Positions 63,164-64,000 of a stretch of 64,000 nt of DNA are shown here, in pieces; within the stretch, counting starts at the first letter, position 1; the number at the start of each line of letters is the position of its first letter. The translations under genes were made by a program, and so were the position numbers. The stretch covers positions 18,076,912 through 18,140,911 of the forward strand of contig NC_092675.1 in assembly GCF_964355755.1 (NCBI RefSeq). Direction: 5' to 3'. The stretch comes from Antedon mediterranea. Its lineage: Eukaryota > Animalia > Echinodermata. The notes under the pieces are model-generated. The model did not search any database. It had not been told where the DNA came from and saw nothing but the letters and a program-made list of their open reading frames with translations.

Positions 63164-64000
63164 GTAAGTGAAAACTGCCACTATTTTTACATTTTGTTTT
63201 TTTTTTTATTAAAACCACAATTCCAAAATTCTGTCTTACTATCGAAATAGAACCAGACTCACTTTAAACAAAAACAAAAACATTTTGGGCCATCTGAGGA
63301 TTTTCAAGAGATAATTTTACTGTACACTCTCTGAAGTTTAAATGTCGACACATCTTATAGTTATCAATTTGAAAGCCGACCACATACATTTTGGTTCTTT
63401 AATACTGTATATAGCCAGTCCCCAAATATTGTTTCAAATTACTGTATATTACAATTTTTTTGTTGTCCCTTTATTTTGAATTTATGTAAGAAGTTTATAC
63501 TATACATTTCACATCATTTTGAGCATTTTTAACCATGAATGGTAAATGAAAATGAAAGTTAAGTTATTATTGTAAGAAAGTACATTGCCCCGCTTCAGTC
63601 ATAATTATAGTATTGATTTCTTAAATTCATTCATTCCTATGGAAAAAAATAATAATAGATTGGTTTTTGTAGGCATTATATTATTGTTGCTGATTACTGT
63701 TGTATAAGTATGGAATATGATCAACGCAATAAAGTCTATCTACTTATTACAGTTAATAAAATGAAAAGAAATTGTGCTAATACCTTTGTGAATGATGATT
63801 GATGATTTTAAAGTACAGTATAGCTCAATTGTTATCATAGTGGCCTCGTTGTGCTTCCAGAAACAAAAGAAATAATTCTAATTCTAAGGCACTATTATTT
63901 AATATTGATAAATAACAGAATATGTATCAAGTAAAATCATCTTTAAAGTAGGTGAAAGAACTTATTTAACCTTTTTAATAATTGTGTTCCATTCTATTAT

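Overview
AT-rich, intron-rich metazoan genomic DNA. The DeuSINE/Nin-type SINEs and AGGCCTA-rich promoter flanks suggest an invertebrate deuterostome such as an echinoderm (inference). Four protein-coding genes can be assembled by hand from phase-consistent GT-AG exons: (1) the 5' RCC1-repeat part of a HERC3/HERC4-like E3 ligase (minus strand, runs off the left edge); (2) a divergently transcribed ~531-aa coiled-coil protein with a degenerate UBAN-like motif and a C-terminal TNIP2/CEP55-type CCHC zinc finger (plus strand, complete); (3) an FSTL4/FSTL5-like Kazal-EF-hand-Ig-Ig-beta-propeller gene (minus strand, N-terminus unresolved); (4) the 5' end of WDFY3/Alfy (plus strand, runs off the right edge). 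Introns and intergenic DNA hold many MITEs, tRNA-SINEs, LINE 3' fragments, a deleted hAT element, Helentron-like elements and a ~740-bp (AAC)n microsatellite. The most notable signals are a 1.5-kb long-inverted-repeat element occupying the shared HERC4/TNIP-like promoter region, a set of 13-36-bp micro-insertions with 7-bp target duplications resembling P-element excision footprints, and duplicated splice donors plus immune-type motifs in the TNIP-like gene. No clearly new multi-gene system could be demonstrated from sequence alone.
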